Below are positions 1-10,783 of a stretch of DNA of 64,000 nucleotides, piece after piece. The DNA is from Candidatus Zixiibacteriota bacterium (GTDB lineage: Bacteria > Zixibacteria > MSB-5A5 > GN15 > JAAZOE01), in assembly GCA_043819555.1 (NCBI GenBank), contig JBDREQ010000063.1, positions 96,001-160,000 of the forward strand, written 5' to 3'. Position 1 is the stretch's first letter. The number at the start of each line of letters is the position of its first letter. The position numbers and the translations under genes are program-made. The notes under the pieces are model-generated. The model saw only the letters and a list, made by a program, of their open reading frames with translations. It was not told where the DNA came from and made no database searches.

Positions 1-27
1 GTAAATTCGCACAGATAGGGGCGATCA

Positions 28-1689
28 ATGTATAATCATGCAAAGAAGAAGTGGTGGATGCCGGTGCTCTGCTTATTCTTTTTATTTCAATCAGCATTTG
101 CCGATGATAAGACTTTCAAAGTCAGCAGTTATATCCCTGAGAAATTTATCGATTTCGAATGGAGATTAAATGGCGGATTTAACCTCAGCGGATTTAATAC
201 TTCGACCGACAATAGTTTTATCGATGAGTGGGGCAATCGGAATTACCGTAATTCGTCAGGCGATAAGCAATCGCTAACGCTTGGATCAAGTATTTTTTAT
301 CGCAATGAAACAGCACAACGATTTTATATCGCGTCCGGAGATTTATCGGTGCGGATTAATAATGGTAATTCCTCAAGGGATGATTTTTCTTCCGGAAATA
401 TCGGAGAAATCAATAATTCCCGTTACGAAAGCGGCCAGGCCATTTACACCGTATCTATTCAACCGTCTATATCAGCCGGGCAATATCTGCTGTCTGACTT
501 CTTTGTGACCGGCGCAATGCGATTCGGGTCGTCATTTGATATTCGGCCGGAAAATAGTGGAACCAGTTATAATTATAACAAGAAATACTTATATGACAGC
601 GATACCGATTACTGGATGCGCGAGACCAATATCAGCCAGAGCCAGCGCAGCAACGAGCGAAGTCATAAAATCAACATGAGCGCCGGTCCCGGATGGGGAC
701 GGATCTATTCCGGGCAATTTGCCGCGACGGCAATGTATATTATCGATGAGTTGAAACATCACGATCTTCTTGAAAGAGAACCCACACGCGACGAAATGCT
801 ATATCTGACCGATATAATTTATAGCTATCGCAACACGCGGCCGATTGACTCACGGATTCATAAAATCGAGGCGCTCTCAAAGATCATCGAGTATCTCAAC
901 AATGCAGGCGTAATCGATTATTCCGACAGATACGGATATTTGTTGATTCAGGATATCTGGGATTATTACCCGCGCGACGTGCGCGATTTTGGTTATCGGG
1001 CAAGCCTCGACGCCGGGCTGGATTATTTTTATCGAAGCAATGATGAATCCGAATACGGCGATAGGTATTCACTCTACACCCGCCACCTGGCCGACAGCCT
1101 GATGGTGGATACGATTTCTATCTATTCGGGCGGACATGATCGATTTTATCGAAGGCGGGATGAAAGTAAATATCCTTACTTTTCGCTTCGTTTTCAATAT
1201 TTAAAACCGGTAAGCTTGCGCTGGCAATATGACATATTTACCAATGCCATTTATTACCTCTCCTACAAGCAGGTAAGTCAGACATACAGCTCTGATTTCA
1301 TCGAACAAAATCATGCCTATACCGAAAATCAATACAAACGATTTGCTAATTATCAAATCCATGCCAATGGGATTGTAAAATATATTATTGATTCGCGCAC
1401 TACGGCAAAAGCAGCCGTAAATTATACATTTCGGCATTACAATAGTGAAACAAAATCCCTGAGAATTATTGATGATAATTTGGTTCAGGAGAGTCAGACC
1501 ATTTCTGGCGTCGCTTCTGGTTCATTTTCACTTTCGGGAACAATGGAATACAGAGTTTCCATCCCGACGACATTATTGGCCAACATCGGTTATAATATAT
1601 CCGAGGATAATTCCAGAAGCAATATTTATGGCGATAACCATTCCAGTGGCTATTCGCTGAGTTTGTTATTAAGCCACTATTTGTATTAG
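28..1689 (+). CDS. Secreted hypothetical protein, probable outer-membrane beta-barrel
   Basis: Signal peptide (..FQSAFA|DD), Y/S/G-rich strand-like segments, C-terminal aromatic residue (LSHYLY). Confidence 0.55.
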   Translation: MYNHAKKKWWMPVLCLFFLFQSAFADDKTFKVSSYIPEKFIDFEWRLNGGFNLSGFNTSTDNSFIDEWGNRNYRNSSGDKQSLTLGSSIFYRNETAQRFYIASGDLSVRINNGNSSRDDFSSGNIGEINNSRYESGQAIYTVSIQPSISAGQYLLSDFFVTGAMRFGSSFDIRPENSGTSYNYNKKYLYDSDTDYWMRETNISQSQRSNERSHKINMSAGPGWGRIYSGQFAATAMYIIDELKHHDLLEREPTRDEMLYLTDIIYSYRNTRPIDSRIHKIEALSKIIEYLNNAGVIDYSDRYGYLLIQDIWDYYPRDVRDFGYRASLDAGLDYFYRSNDESEYGDRYSLYTRHLADSLMVDTISIYSGGHDRFYRRRDESKYPYFSLRFQYLKPVSLRWQYDIFTNAIYYLSYKQVSQTYSSDFIEQNHAYTENQYKRFANYQIHANGIVKYIIDSRTTAKAAVNYTFRHYNSETKSLRIIDDNLVQESQTISGVASGSFSLSGTMEYRVSIPTTLLANIGYNISEDNSRSNIYGDNHSSGYSLSLLLSHYLY

Positions 1690-1711
1690 CGAATTAGCAA
1701 AAGAAGAAAAT

Positions 1712-1734
1712 GGGGAAAATTTTCAATTCTCCCC
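1712..1734 (-). terminator. Hairpin between convergent genes, probable yceI terminator
   Basis: GGGGAAAATT-TTC-AATTCTCCCC, followed by a T-rich tail on the minus strand. Confidence 0.45.
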
Positions 1735-1746
1735 TGCAAAATAATC

Positions 1747-2334
1747 TTACTTGTCTTTGATCAACTCGATTTCCATCATGATTTTGACGTCGTTGCCAAC
1801 CACAAGAGAACCGTCCTTCAGTGTGTTGTCGAACCTGACATTAAAATCCTGTCGATTAATAGTTGTTTCGGCGGTGAACCCGGCGCGTTTGTTTCCCCAG
1901 GGATCGTCGATAGTACCATTGAATTCACAACCGAGCATCACCTCTTTGGTTATGTCTTTGATAGTCAAATCACCGGAAATAGAAAAACTGCCGTCTTTTA
2001 CCGGAGTAATTTTCTTGGATTTGAAAGTCATGACTGGAAACTTATCGACATCAAAAAAGTCGGCTGACTTGAGGTGTTTGTCGCGATCTTCGTTTTCAGT
2101 ATCAATCGAAGCTACCTGTATTGTAATATCGACTGAGCCATTTTCGACACCGCTTCCATCAAATTCAACTTTACCCGAGTAATCATGGAATTGCCCGGTG
2201 CTTTTGCTGATTACGAGATGCCTGACTGAGAATCCAATAGTAGAATGAGCCTGATCGAGACTCCAGGTCTGAGCACGGGCGATAGGACCAATCGCCAAAA
2301 ATAAAATTGAAAAACAAATGATCATTTTCCGCAT
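1747..2334 (-). CDS. yceI: YceI family periplasmic lipid/polyisoprenoid-binding protein
   Basis: W.LD.AHS.IGF.VRH, RD.HLKS.DFF, DPWGN.RAGF, INRQDF motifs; signal peptide follows the ATG at 2334 (ORF track starts at 2379). Confidence 0.92.
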   Translation of the reverse strand: MRKMIICFSILFLAIGPIARAQTWSLDQAHSTIGFSVRHLVISKSTGQFHDYSGKVEFDGSGVENGSVDITIQVASIDTENEDRDKHLKSADFFDVDKFPVMTFKSKKITPVKDGSFSISGDLTIKDITKEVMLGCEFNGTIDDPWGNKRAGFTAETTINRQDFNVRFDNTLKDGSLVVGNDVKIMMEIELIKDK

Positions 2335-2384
2335 AACAATATTCCTTAAGTTAAGGTTTTCATTTTGGATAGCCGCCATTTCCG

Positions 2385-2410
2385 TAACACTTTATTGGGA
2401 GAATTGTTCC
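2385..2410 (-). promoter_or_regulatory. ECF-sigma-like promoter upstream of yceI
   Basis: Minus strand GGAAC-N17-GTTA about 50 bp upstream of the start. Confidence 0.4.
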
Positions 2411-2481
2411 CCAGAGATCCCTCACTATACTTGCCAAACGACCACCGTTTGAGTTTATTGGATGGTGGTAATAGACTATGA

Positions 2482-3675
2482 TTGGATATGATAATGTGTT
2501 TATGGCATCAAAATAAATTTCTTTCGGATTCCCCGGATTTCGACAACGATGTTGCCGAACCTATGAAACGGTGCAATAGCATCGAATTTCACAGGCGCCT
2601 ACCCCAATATAACCCGACCCCGCTGATTTCACTATCTGAGTTAAGCCGTCATCTTGGGATTGGCAAATTATACGTAAAAGATGAAGCGCATCGATTTGGA
2701 TTAAAAGCTTTCAAATCTTTGGGCGCGTCGTATGCCATCTATCGATTTTTGATAAGTGAAAATATTATTGCCGCCAGCGAAAAATTGGATCTGAAAAATA
2801 TTCCACCAGGCAAATTCACATTTTGTACTGCTACCGATGGCAATCACGGTCGAGCCGTGGCCTGGACGGCAAAAATTATGTCCCAGAAAGCGGTTATATT
2901 CATGCCGAAATCTGCCGTTCCCGCTCGAATCCAAAATATCGAATCCGAAAACGCCCGGGTAATAATTGTTGACGGGGAATATGATGATGCTGTCAAAGCC
3001 TCAGCCCGCACCGCCAAAGAAAACGGCTGGATTGTAATTTCAGATACAGCCTATGAAAATTACATGCAAATACCTTCCGATATAATGGCCGGGTATCAGA
3101 CGATGTTTAAAGAAATCGAGTCTCAATTGGAACTTCGAAACTATAACATTCCCGGGATTGATTTGGTTGTTTTACAGGGGGGAGTGGGCAGTTTTGCCGC
3201 TTCGGCGGCCTGGTATTTTTGCAACCGCTACCCGCAAAAAAAATCTAAATTAATCATTGTTGAGCCCACCGAAGCGGCCTGTCTGATGGCATCCGCAAAA
3301 TCACCGGACGGAACCTTGACAGTATTTGAAGGATCATTTAAGACAATAATGGCCGGCCTGAATTGCGGGACGCCGTCGATTACGGCCTGGCCAATTCTGA
3401 AACAAACAGTCGATGCCTTCATCGCAATTTCCGACGATTATGCCCGGGAAGCGATGCGGAAATACTACTTTCCATTAAAGGGTGATCTTCAGATAATCTC
3501 AGGTGAATCAGGCGCATCTGGTTTGGCCGGTTTGCTGGCCATCATGAAATCGCCGAAACTTAAAAATCTAAAACAACTACTTGCCCTTGATAATAATTCG
3601 CGCGTATTGATCTTTAATACCGAAGGCGATACCGACCCGATAAATTTCAATAGAATCGTCCGAACCGGAGGTTGA
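2482..3675 (+). CDS. dpaL: Diaminopropionate ammonia-lyase (PLP, fold type II)
   Basis: KDEAHRFGLKAFKSLGA, ATDGNHGRAVAW, TIMAGLNCG, SGESGA, NTEGDTDP; true start may be ATG 2488 or 2494. Confidence 0.88.
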   Translation: MDMIMCLWHQNKFLSDSPDFDNDVAEPMKRCNSIEFHRRLPQYNPTPLISLSELSRHLGIGKLYVKDEAHRFGLKAFKSLGASYAIYRFLISENIIAASEKLDLKNIPPGKFTFCTATDGNHGRAVAWTAKIMSQKAVIFMPKSAVPARIQNIESENARVIIVDGEYDDAVKASARTAKENGWIVISDTAYENYMQIPSDIMAGYQTMFKEIESQLELRNYNIPGIDLVVLQGGVGSFAASAAWYFCNRYPQKKSKLIIVEPTEAACLMASAKSPDGTLTVFEGSFKTIMAGLNCGTPSITAWPILKQTVDAFIAISDDYAREAMRKYYFPLKGDLQIISGESGASGLAGLLAIMKSPKLKNLKQLLALDNNSRVLIFNTEGDTDPINFNRIVRTGG

Positions 3676-3769
3676 CCAAAACGCAATTTAACTTTTCACA
3701 AAGTTGTAAATAGATTATACTAAGTCAGGCTCACAACCCGTTATAACATCGTATTTATTTTGAAGTTTT

Positions 3770-4744
3770 ATGGCAAATTTAGAACGCCTGCAGGAGCGAA
3801 TAAGAGAATTGACCGGATGGCCGATGGAACGGCTCCCAAAATTAGTAACTGATACATCCGATGCGATGCGAATCGTTCGAGGTAACGTGCTGCGGGCTGG
3901 CGGACATGATTTTGTCATTGAGGGCAATCGCTATGAAACACGTTTCGGTATCGCCGATCAACCCAAATACTGGGTCTTTAGCGCTATTGATCTGGACAGC
4001 GGGGGAAAGAAAATAATAAAAACCGTCTTTCACGAGGATTTTAACGTTCATATTGGAGTGTTCAAGATTCGCTGTTATCGCAGTCCGGAAAAAGAAGCCC
4101 GGGTGTTGGAACGTGTCAAAGGAGATAGCCGATTTATGCAGGGGTATACGATTGAGGACGAAAAAAGTAATTGTATTCGAGTTCTTGATTATATACCCGG
4201 CTTGACCATTTTTAATTATATCTATTCAATCAACAAACCTCATCGCCAGTATTTTCAGGAAGATCTACCCGGAATACTCCACGATCTGGCCGAATCGATG
4301 GAAGCAATTAAATTCCTTCATGATAATGACTTTTGTCATGGTGATATTCGCAACGATCATATCATTATTGAAACCGGGACCAGGCATTTTCGCTGGATTG
4401 ATTTTGACTTACAGCAGCATGTTTCTGATTTTGATGTCTGGAGTATGGGTAACATTTTATGCTATGCCGCCGGTAAAGGAATCAACTCCTTTAAGCTGGT
4501 GTTAAAAGGACAGTCATTTTCTGAGGAAGTAAAACGGAGCCTGATAGCTGATGATGGATCAGCATTTTATGAATACCGCATTATGAATTTAATAAAACTG
4601 TTTCCCTATATTCCAGAAAAATTGAACAACATTCTTCGTCATTTTACTCTGAACCCGATTGGTCATTACGCGACGGTGGGGGAGCTTTTGGACGATTATT
4701 ATGACATGCTGGATTCGGATTTTCCTGCAATGTCTCAGCAATAA
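3770..4744 (+). CDS. Ser/Thr protein kinase-like protein
   Basis: Catalytic loop CHGDIRNDH, WIDFD, DVWSMG (subdomain IX-like), Lys in KIIKT. Confidence 0.75.
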   Translation: MANLERLQERIRELTGWPMERLPKLVTDTSDAMRIVRGNVLRAGGHDFVIEGNRYETRFGIADQPKYWVFSAIDLDSGGKKIIKTVFHEDFNVHIGVFKIRCYRSPEKEARVLERVKGDSRFMQGYTIEDEKSNCIRVLDYIPGLTIFNYIYSINKPHRQYFQEDLPGILHDLAESMEAIKFLHDNDFCHGDIRNDHIIIETGTRHFRWIDFDLQQHVSDFDVWSMGNILCYAAGKGINSFKLVLKGQSFSEEVKRSLIADDGSAFYEYRIMNLIKLFPYIPEKLNNILRHFTLNPIGHYATVGELLDDYYDMLDSDFPAMSQQ

Positions 4745-4761
4745 GCGGGGTTAATGAGGCC

Positions 4762-6582
4762 ATGAAAACTGTAATCATAGGCGGAGGAAAAGGCAGCCGA
4801 GCGATAATCGAGCTGGCCACAGGCAATTTTAAAAGCGAGTTAACTCTTGACGTGCAGTGTGTGGTCGATCCCGATGATAAAGCCCCCGGAATAATCCTGG
4901 CCAGGCAAAAGGGCATCAAGATATTCGATAATATGCTTGAAGCGCTGGCTCTTCCTGGAATAGAACTCGTCATCGAATTGACCGGTGAAAATGAACTCCT
5001 GGAAGAACTTCACCATATCCTTCCAAAGGGTATCTGTCTTGTCGACCATACGTTTGCGCATGTCTTCTGGGATCTGGTCAAGGCTCGAGAAGATCAAAGC
5101 AGACAGCTCAAAGAAAAAATCGAGCTGGAGAAAAAAATCGAACGCGAACGGCATTTTTTACAGAGTTCATTCGATACCATCCCCGAGCTAATTATTGTCA
5201 TGAACACCGAAACAAAAATAATAAAAATTAACGAGAAAGCGGTTCGCTTCGCGCATACGTCCACTTCAAAAGCTGTCGGGGAAAAATTGAAAAACCTGCT
5301 TACTCAGACCGAATTGTCGGGGAGCATTCAGGAAACCCTATCAGTATTGAAAGATATTTTAGAAACGGGTCGGCCTCACATTTTATTTTGGAATACAACC
5401 GAGCCGGAAGAAGTTTTTTGGGAAATTACGCTAAGCCCCATTCTTGATCAGAACCTGGAAATAGAAGCTATTGTCGGAACATGGCATCGAATCACCGAAC
5501 GGGTTCGATTGCATCGTGAAATTGAGAGTGCCGAGGTTCGCTTCAGGGGATTTATTGATTCGGCTCATGATTGGATATCGATCAAAGATACCGAAGGACG
5601 GTATATCATCGTCAATCCGGTTTGTGCCCAGGCTTTCAAACGCAAACCGGAAGACTTTGTTGGCCGCCGCCCGGATGAGTTATTTGACCGGGAACTGGCG
5701 GAAATGATATTAAAGCATGATCATGATGTGATGGCCGCCAATCAAGCTCAAAGTTATGAGGAAATATTTAACATTGATGGATTTGATCGCCATTATAGCA
5801 CAGTCAGGTTTCCTCTCAATGATTATCGCGGGCAAACAATCGGAGTCTGTACCATCGCCCGCGACATCACTCAGGAGCGGGAATTGAACGACCAGCTGGC
5901 TCAGGCTGTAAAATTGGCAGCGATAGGCAAGCTCGCCGCAGGTGTCGCCCATGAAATCAATAACCCCTTAACCGGTGTTTTGGCCTATGCCGAAGATATT
6001 TTGGATGAATTACCAGCCGATAATCCTCTTCATAGTGATATTAAAGTCATTATTCGGGAGACAATGCGGTGTCGGGATATCGTAAAGAATCTGCTTGATT
6101 TCGCTCGGCAGGAAACACCCAAACTGGAAGAAGCGAATGCCAACGATATTGTCAAAAACACCATTGAACTGGTCAAAAAACTGCCGCAGTTTCGTAATAT
6201 CACACTTAAATATTCGCTGGCCGACAATATCCCGGATATAAACTGCGACCGCCATCAAATACAACAGGTCATACTAAACCTGATGATAAATGCGGCTGAA
6301 GCGCTTAAGGAAATGGGCAAAATAGAAATCACGACAGAATATGATTTTCGGCATCAGCGCTGTATAATCACGGTGATCGATAATGGTCCGGGAGTCCCGG
6401 AAAATCTGAAAACCAAAGTTTTCGAGCCGTTTTTCTCGACCAAGGGCACTAATGGATTAGGGTTGGCCGTTAGTTGGGGCATTATCGAAAGGCATAAGGG
6501 TTTTATTGAAATTGATACTAATAAATCGGGGGGCGCGATCTTTAGATTAGCAATTCCAATTATTGAGAACGATAAAAAATGA
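4762..6582 (+). CDS. Cytoplasmic sensor histidine kinase (Rossmann-like N-terminus, two PAS domains, HisKA, HATPase)
   Basis: N-terminal VIIGGGKG; H-box AHEINNPL; N-box NLMINA; DNGPG, FEPFFSTKG, GLGL. Confidence 0.92.
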   Translation: MKTVIIGGGKGSRAIIELATGNFKSELTLDVQCVVDPDDKAPGIILARQKGIKIFDNMLEALALPGIELVIELTGENELLEELHHILPKGICLVDHTFAHVFWDLVKAREDQSRQLKEKIELEKKIERERHFLQSSFDTIPELIIVMNTETKIIKINEKAVRFAHTSTSKAVGEKLKNLLTQTELSGSIQETLSVLKDILETGRPHILFWNTTEPEEVFWEITLSPILDQNLEIEAIVGTWHRITERVRLHREIESAEVRFRGFIDSAHDWISIKDTEGRYIIVNPVCAQAFKRKPEDFVGRRPDELFDRELAEMILKHDHDVMAANQAQSYEEIFNIDGFDRHYSTVRFPLNDYRGQTIGVCTIARDITQERELNDQLAQAVKLAAIGKLAAGVAHEINNPLTGVLAYAEDILDELPADNPLHSDIKVIIRETMRCRDIVKNLLDFARQETPKLEEANANDIVKNTIELVKKLPQFRNITLKYSLADNIPDINCDRHQIQQVILNLMINAAEALKEMGKIEITTEYDFRHQRCIITVIDNGPGVPENLKTKVFEPFFSTKGTNGLGLAVSWGIIERHKGFIEIDTNKSGGAIFRLAIPIIENDKK

Positions 6583-6620
6583 ATTTACCGGAAACAACAA
6601 AAGGCGAGGAGGATTAGATT

Positions 6621-7394
6621 ATGTCTCGCTCATTGGATATTTTAATCGTTGATGACGAGCAGGTTGTTCTCGACAGCGTCAAGAAACATTTGCGAAAAAA
6701 TAATTATAATCTGATTACGGTATTATCCGCGCAGGAAGGCCTCGATTTATTGGATAAATCAACTCCCGATATTATTCTAACTGATTTGATGATGCCGGAT
6801 ATAGACGGGCTGGAACTGATGAGAATTGTCAAGGACAAATACCCCCATTTGCCGATTATCATGATTACCGGTTATGCCACTATAAATACCGCTCTTCAAG
6901 CGACTCAGTTGGGGGCCTTTGATTATATTGCCAAACCATTTACAAAGTCGGAATTGATTTCAGTTGTCCAGCGCGCCGCGGATTTGGTTCTGAACATTGC
7001 CAACGCAGAAAAAGATAGTGCCCATGAAATACCTATAAAGAATGAAATATCAGGCGAACTTAAAAATGTTGGCGACCATGTATGGATTATGGTTGAAGAT
7101 GATGGTCACGTTCGGATGGGAATCGATCGTTCATTTTTGCATGCCATTGGAAAAATACAAAATATATTTTTACCCGCAGTCGGAGACAAGCTCCGCCAGG
7201 GCAGCAAATATCTCCAAATATTTTCCTCTGATTTGCGCTCTCATACCGTTCTCTCTCCATTATCCGGAACAGTCATAGAAGTAAATGATCAATTGCAGGA
7301 ACAGCCCAAAATATTAATTGAAGATCCCTTTGGCAAAGGATGGTTAATTCGCCTTAAGCCTTCAAAATTCGATTATGAAATTAGTGAACTGTAG
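6621..7394 (+). CDS. Response regulator receiver fused to a GcvH-like domain lacking the lipoyl lysine
   Basis: ILIVDDE, TDLMMP, AKPF; C-terminal HVW..VRMGID, SPLSGTVIEVN, EDPFGKGWLIRL. Confidence 0.85.
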   Translation: MSRSLDILIVDDEQVVLDSVKKHLRKNNYNLITVLSAQEGLDLLDKSTPDIILTDLMMPDIDGLELMRIVKDKYPHLPIIMITGYATINTALQATQLGAFDYIAKPFTKSELISVVQRAADLVLNIANAEKDSAHEIPIKNEISGELKNVGDHVWIMVEDDGHVRMGIDRSFLHAIGKIQNIFLPAVGDKLRQGSKYLQIFSSDLRSHTVLSPLSGTVIEVNDQLQEQPKILIEDPFGKGWLIRLKPSKFDYEISEL

Positions 7395-7405
7395 ATGTGG
7401 CGGAT

Positions 7406-10400
7406 TTAAGAAGCCGATATCGTAACCTTGTTGCGATCCAGCTCGTTTCGCACGGCCCCTCCAAGACTGGCCATAGAAAATGGTTTGCGTACATATTCTC
7501 CGGCGCCAAGAGTCTGCATTTCATTGACACGTTCAGTAGCCGAAAAGCCACTAATTATAATCGCCTTTTGAGCCGGATGTATTTTTAAAATATCACGGTA
7601 TGTGTCGAGGCCATCATAATCTTGTTCCATTATAATATCCAAAAGGATAATATTAACGGAATGGTTTTTCAGAAATTCAATTGCTTCATGACCGTGCCTG
7701 ACCACACTAACATCATATCCAAGATTGGTTAGTAATTCATATGCGACCTGCCGCTGCTCCGGATTATCGTCGACGACAAGCACGCTTTCTGTGCCCGAGC
7801 AATCATTCGTTTCTATTTGACTTTCGGCTTCGGCTGCTTTGCACAGCGGGAAATAAAGAACAAATTCACTTCCCTCCCCCTCGGCAGAAAAGATATCATA
7901 ATATCCTTTGTGGTCCTTGACTATACCGTAAACTACTGCCAGCCCCAGGCCGCTCCCGGATTTGCCCATTTTTTTATTGGAATAATAGGGCTCAAAGATT
8001 TTTGATTGGTCTTCAAGTGGAATACCCGTTCCTGTGTCGCAAATTCTTAAAACTATATAATCCCCGGCCTCAATATTATCGAATCCCCCCAGAAGAGTAT
8101 CAAGATGGAGCGCTTCAGTACTTATAGATAAACTTCCCTCGCCTTCCATTGCGTCAAAGGCGTTGACTATCAAATTCATGATTACTTTGACAAGATGGGG
8201 AGGCGAACCAAGCATGAATGGCTGTTGTGAATCTAATTCCAAATCGATTTTTATTTCTGGCCGAGTTGTTGATAAAAAATGATAAGATGGTGAATCAAGG
8301 TACTCCTCGATTACATTATTTAGCTTAATAGGTTTTATTTCATATCGTCCCCGACGCGCTAGTGTTAATAGATCCTGAATAACATCGGCGGCGTCCTGAG
8401 CCGATTTCCCAATGCGCTCAATCTGTTTTTTATAGGGACTATCTTCTTCCAGCCGGGAAAGAATTAGATCGCTATAGCCGACCATCGGGCCCAGCATGTT
8501 ATTCAAATCATGAGCCACGCCGCCGGCCAAAACGCCCAATGATTCCATGCGTTCGGCGCGTTCCAGCTTATCCTTCAAAACCTGTTGCTGTGTTTGGACC
8601 CGGCGCAATTGGCTCAAATCGACGTCAAGGCAATACATCTCGTCCTCGCCGCGGCTGTTGCACAACATAACATGACTGCTATAGACCGGAATAATTGAGC
8701 CATCCTTATGGCGCATTCCATATTCGCCCGGCCCGTATTGAATTGCTATCTGATTATCATCAACCTCAACTTTATATGAGTCATAGGTCATCAAGTCTTC
8801 AAGTTGTTTACCCATGACTTCTTCTTGCGAATATCCATATAATATTTCGCTGGCTGTATTCCAGAATATTATCCTGCGGTCGCAGTTATATCCCTGGACG
8901 GCAATGTTGGGAACCCCTTCAAGAATCGCTCTGAACCTCTCCTCGCTTTCTCTCAAAGCCTCTTCCGCCTGCTTTCTTTCGGTTATATCTCTTAATGCGC
9001 ATTGAATGTAGGTCACCTTACCATTTTCAATAATTGGAGTTGTCGCCACTTCGACATAAAATGGAGAGGTGTTTTGGGGTTTATATAAGAACTCGAAATT
9101 GGCGGCTTTTTGATGTCTGACTATCAGCCGTATGAGTCTTAACGCTCTCTCGTATTCGTCCTGGTAAACAAAGTACTTCTTGATGTTTTGGCCGATTTCT
9201 TCCTCCGGCTTATAGTCGCCGAAATATTTGATGGCCGGGCTGATATATGACAATGTTCCATCCAATGATATTTTGACAACCATATCCTTGAGATTGTCGG
9301 CGATTACGCGGTAATGCTCTTCACTATCTCGCAGAGCATCTTCGGCCCTTTTTCGATCAGCGATGTCAATTATGAAATTCAAACCGGCACGCTGACCCTT
9401 CCAGGTTATCAAAGTTCCGCGGACTTCCACCCAACGTGGTTTATTCCCTTTATCCACAAATCTCATGGAATAAACGGCAGGAACATCTTCATCGTCTTGA
9501 AATTTTTTATTGTTTTCTTTTATCCAGTTTAGATCACCGGGATGAACGATATCATGTATGTGCATATCCTTCAGTTCATCAATAGTATAACCGGTCAGAG
9601 CTTCCATTTCGGGATTGGCAAAAACAACTTTGCCCTTCTGTACAATACAAATACCCTCTTTGGCGTCCATCACCAGGCGGCGATATTGACTTTCTGATTT
9701 TCTTAATGCGGCTTCAATATTATTTCTCTCGGTTATATCATTTCCTGAACAAACGATACCGGTAATTTGTCCCAGAGAATCGGTTAATTGAGCGTGATTC
9801 CAGGCAATAATCTTTTTCTGTCCGGATTTTGTCATGACCGGTATTTCGCAATCTGTTTCAGGAAGCAATTTGCCTGAAATTATTTTTTCAAACTTGTCCT
9901 TGTTTTTATGTAGACCATCATCCGGAGCAAAAATCCTATTCCATTTTTTCCCGATAATATCGTCTCGCCCATATTCCAAAACCCGGCAACCATAATCATT
10001 AATCATGGAAATCTCGCCGGAAGTGTTTAATGCTATGACTATCGTTCCAATTTTATCCAGATATAACTGAGTTCTCTCAAATTCCTTGCGCAAACTCTCC
10101 TCAGCGGATATTAAATCGGTAACATCTTCAAAAGAAACACCCAATCGTTCGTCTGAAATTTTGAATATCCGGATTTTAAATGCCTGGCAAATACCACTTT
10201 CACAATAATTGAATTTTTTGGTAGAAAAGGCGACACCAGAATTCATAACTTCAATACACTTGTCCTGCAGTTTCTCACCCAATCCAAAGGGCATGGCAAA
10301 ATTGAAATTCTTTTCAATAATATTTTCACCATCAGATAATTCTACCGCCTTAGAGTTGGATGATTTTAGGATTATTCGCTGAGGCGACAGATATTCAAAT

Positions 10401-10783
10401 ATCATTAATGCGTTGGGAATCGAGGCAACGATATCCTCCGAGGTTTCCATTGATTCGCGCAGTTCCTTAGTCCGTTTGGCGACCAATTCCTCCAACTCAT
10501 CTCGGTTCTTCCTTAATTTTTCAAAAGCGGCATTGAGGGCGAATTGTAATTCCGGTGGAAATGGATTTGAAGACGAGTCATTTATTTGTTCTTTTATTGC
10601 TGTTGCTATGCTTGTTACCGTCGGTGCATCCTTCGACAATATCTGGATGCGAGCCGAGATAAACATAATGAGCAAAATGATAATTGAAGTCAGAACCAGC
10701 CCGGCTGCAAATATTATTATTGCCGGATGAATAGCGCTGGTTCCTAGTGTATCGGCCACATATTTTTTGGCGCCCGGCATCAA
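7406..10783 (-). CDS. Membrane-anchored multi-PAS hybrid histidine kinase with receiver domain
   Basis: TM helix, four or more PAS domains, AHDLNN H-box, DTGTG, GSGLGL, C-terminal VLVVDD..LLDIIM..RKPF; N-terminus may extend to 10866 across a frameshift. Confidence 0.9.
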   Translation of the reverse strand: MMPGAKKYVADTLGTSAIHPAIIIFAAGLVLTSIIILLIMFISARIQILSKDAPTVTSIATAIKEQINDSSSNPFPPELQFALNAAFEKLRKNRDELEELVAKRTKELRESMETSEDIVASIPNALMIFEYLSPQRIILKSSNSKAVELSDGENIIEKNFNFAMPFGLGEKLQDKCIEVMNSGVAFSTKKFNYCESGICQAFKIRIFKISDERLGVSFEDVTDLISAEESLRKEFERTQLYLDKIGTIVIALNTSGEISMINDYGCRVLEYGRDDIIGKKWNRIFAPDDGLHKNKDKFEKIISGKLLPETDCEIPVMTKSGQKKIIAWNHAQLTDSLGQITGIVCSGNDITERNNIEAALRKSESQYRRLVMDAKEGICIVQKGKVVFANPEMEALTGYTIDELKDMHIHDIVHPGDLNWIKENNKKFQDDEDVPAVYSMRFVDKGNKPRWVEVRGTLITWKGQRAGLNFIIDIADRKRAEDALRDSEEHYRVIADNLKDMVVKISLDGTLSYISPAIKYFGDYKPEEEIGQNIKKYFVYQDEYERALRLIRLIVRHQKAANFEFLYKPQNTSPFYVEVATTPIIENGKVTYIQCALRDITERKQAEEALRESEERFRAILEGVPNIAVQGYNCDRRIIFWNTASEILYGYSQEEVMGKQLEDLMTYDSYKVEVDDNQIAIQYGPGEYGMRHKDGSIIPVYSSHVMLCNSRGEDEMYCLDVDLSQLRRVQTQQQVLKDKLERAERMESLGVLAGGVAHDLNNMLGPMVGYSDLILSRLEEDSPYKKQIERIGKSAQDAADVIQDLLTLARRGRYEIKPIKLNNVIEEYLDSPSYHFLSTTRPEIKIDLELDSQQPFMLGSPPHLVKVIMNLIVNAFDAMEGEGSLSISTEALHLDTLLGGFDNIEAGDYIVLRICDTGTGIPLEDQSKIFEPYYSNKKMGKSGSGLGLAVVYGIVKDHKGYYDIFSAEGEGSEFVLYFPLCKAAEAESQIETNDCSGTESVLVVDDNPEQRQVAYELLTNLGYDVSVVRHGHEAIEFLKNHSVNIILLDIIMEQDYDGLDTYRDILKIHPAQKAIIISGFSATERVNEMQTLGAGEYVRKPFSMASLGGAVRNELDRNKVTISAS

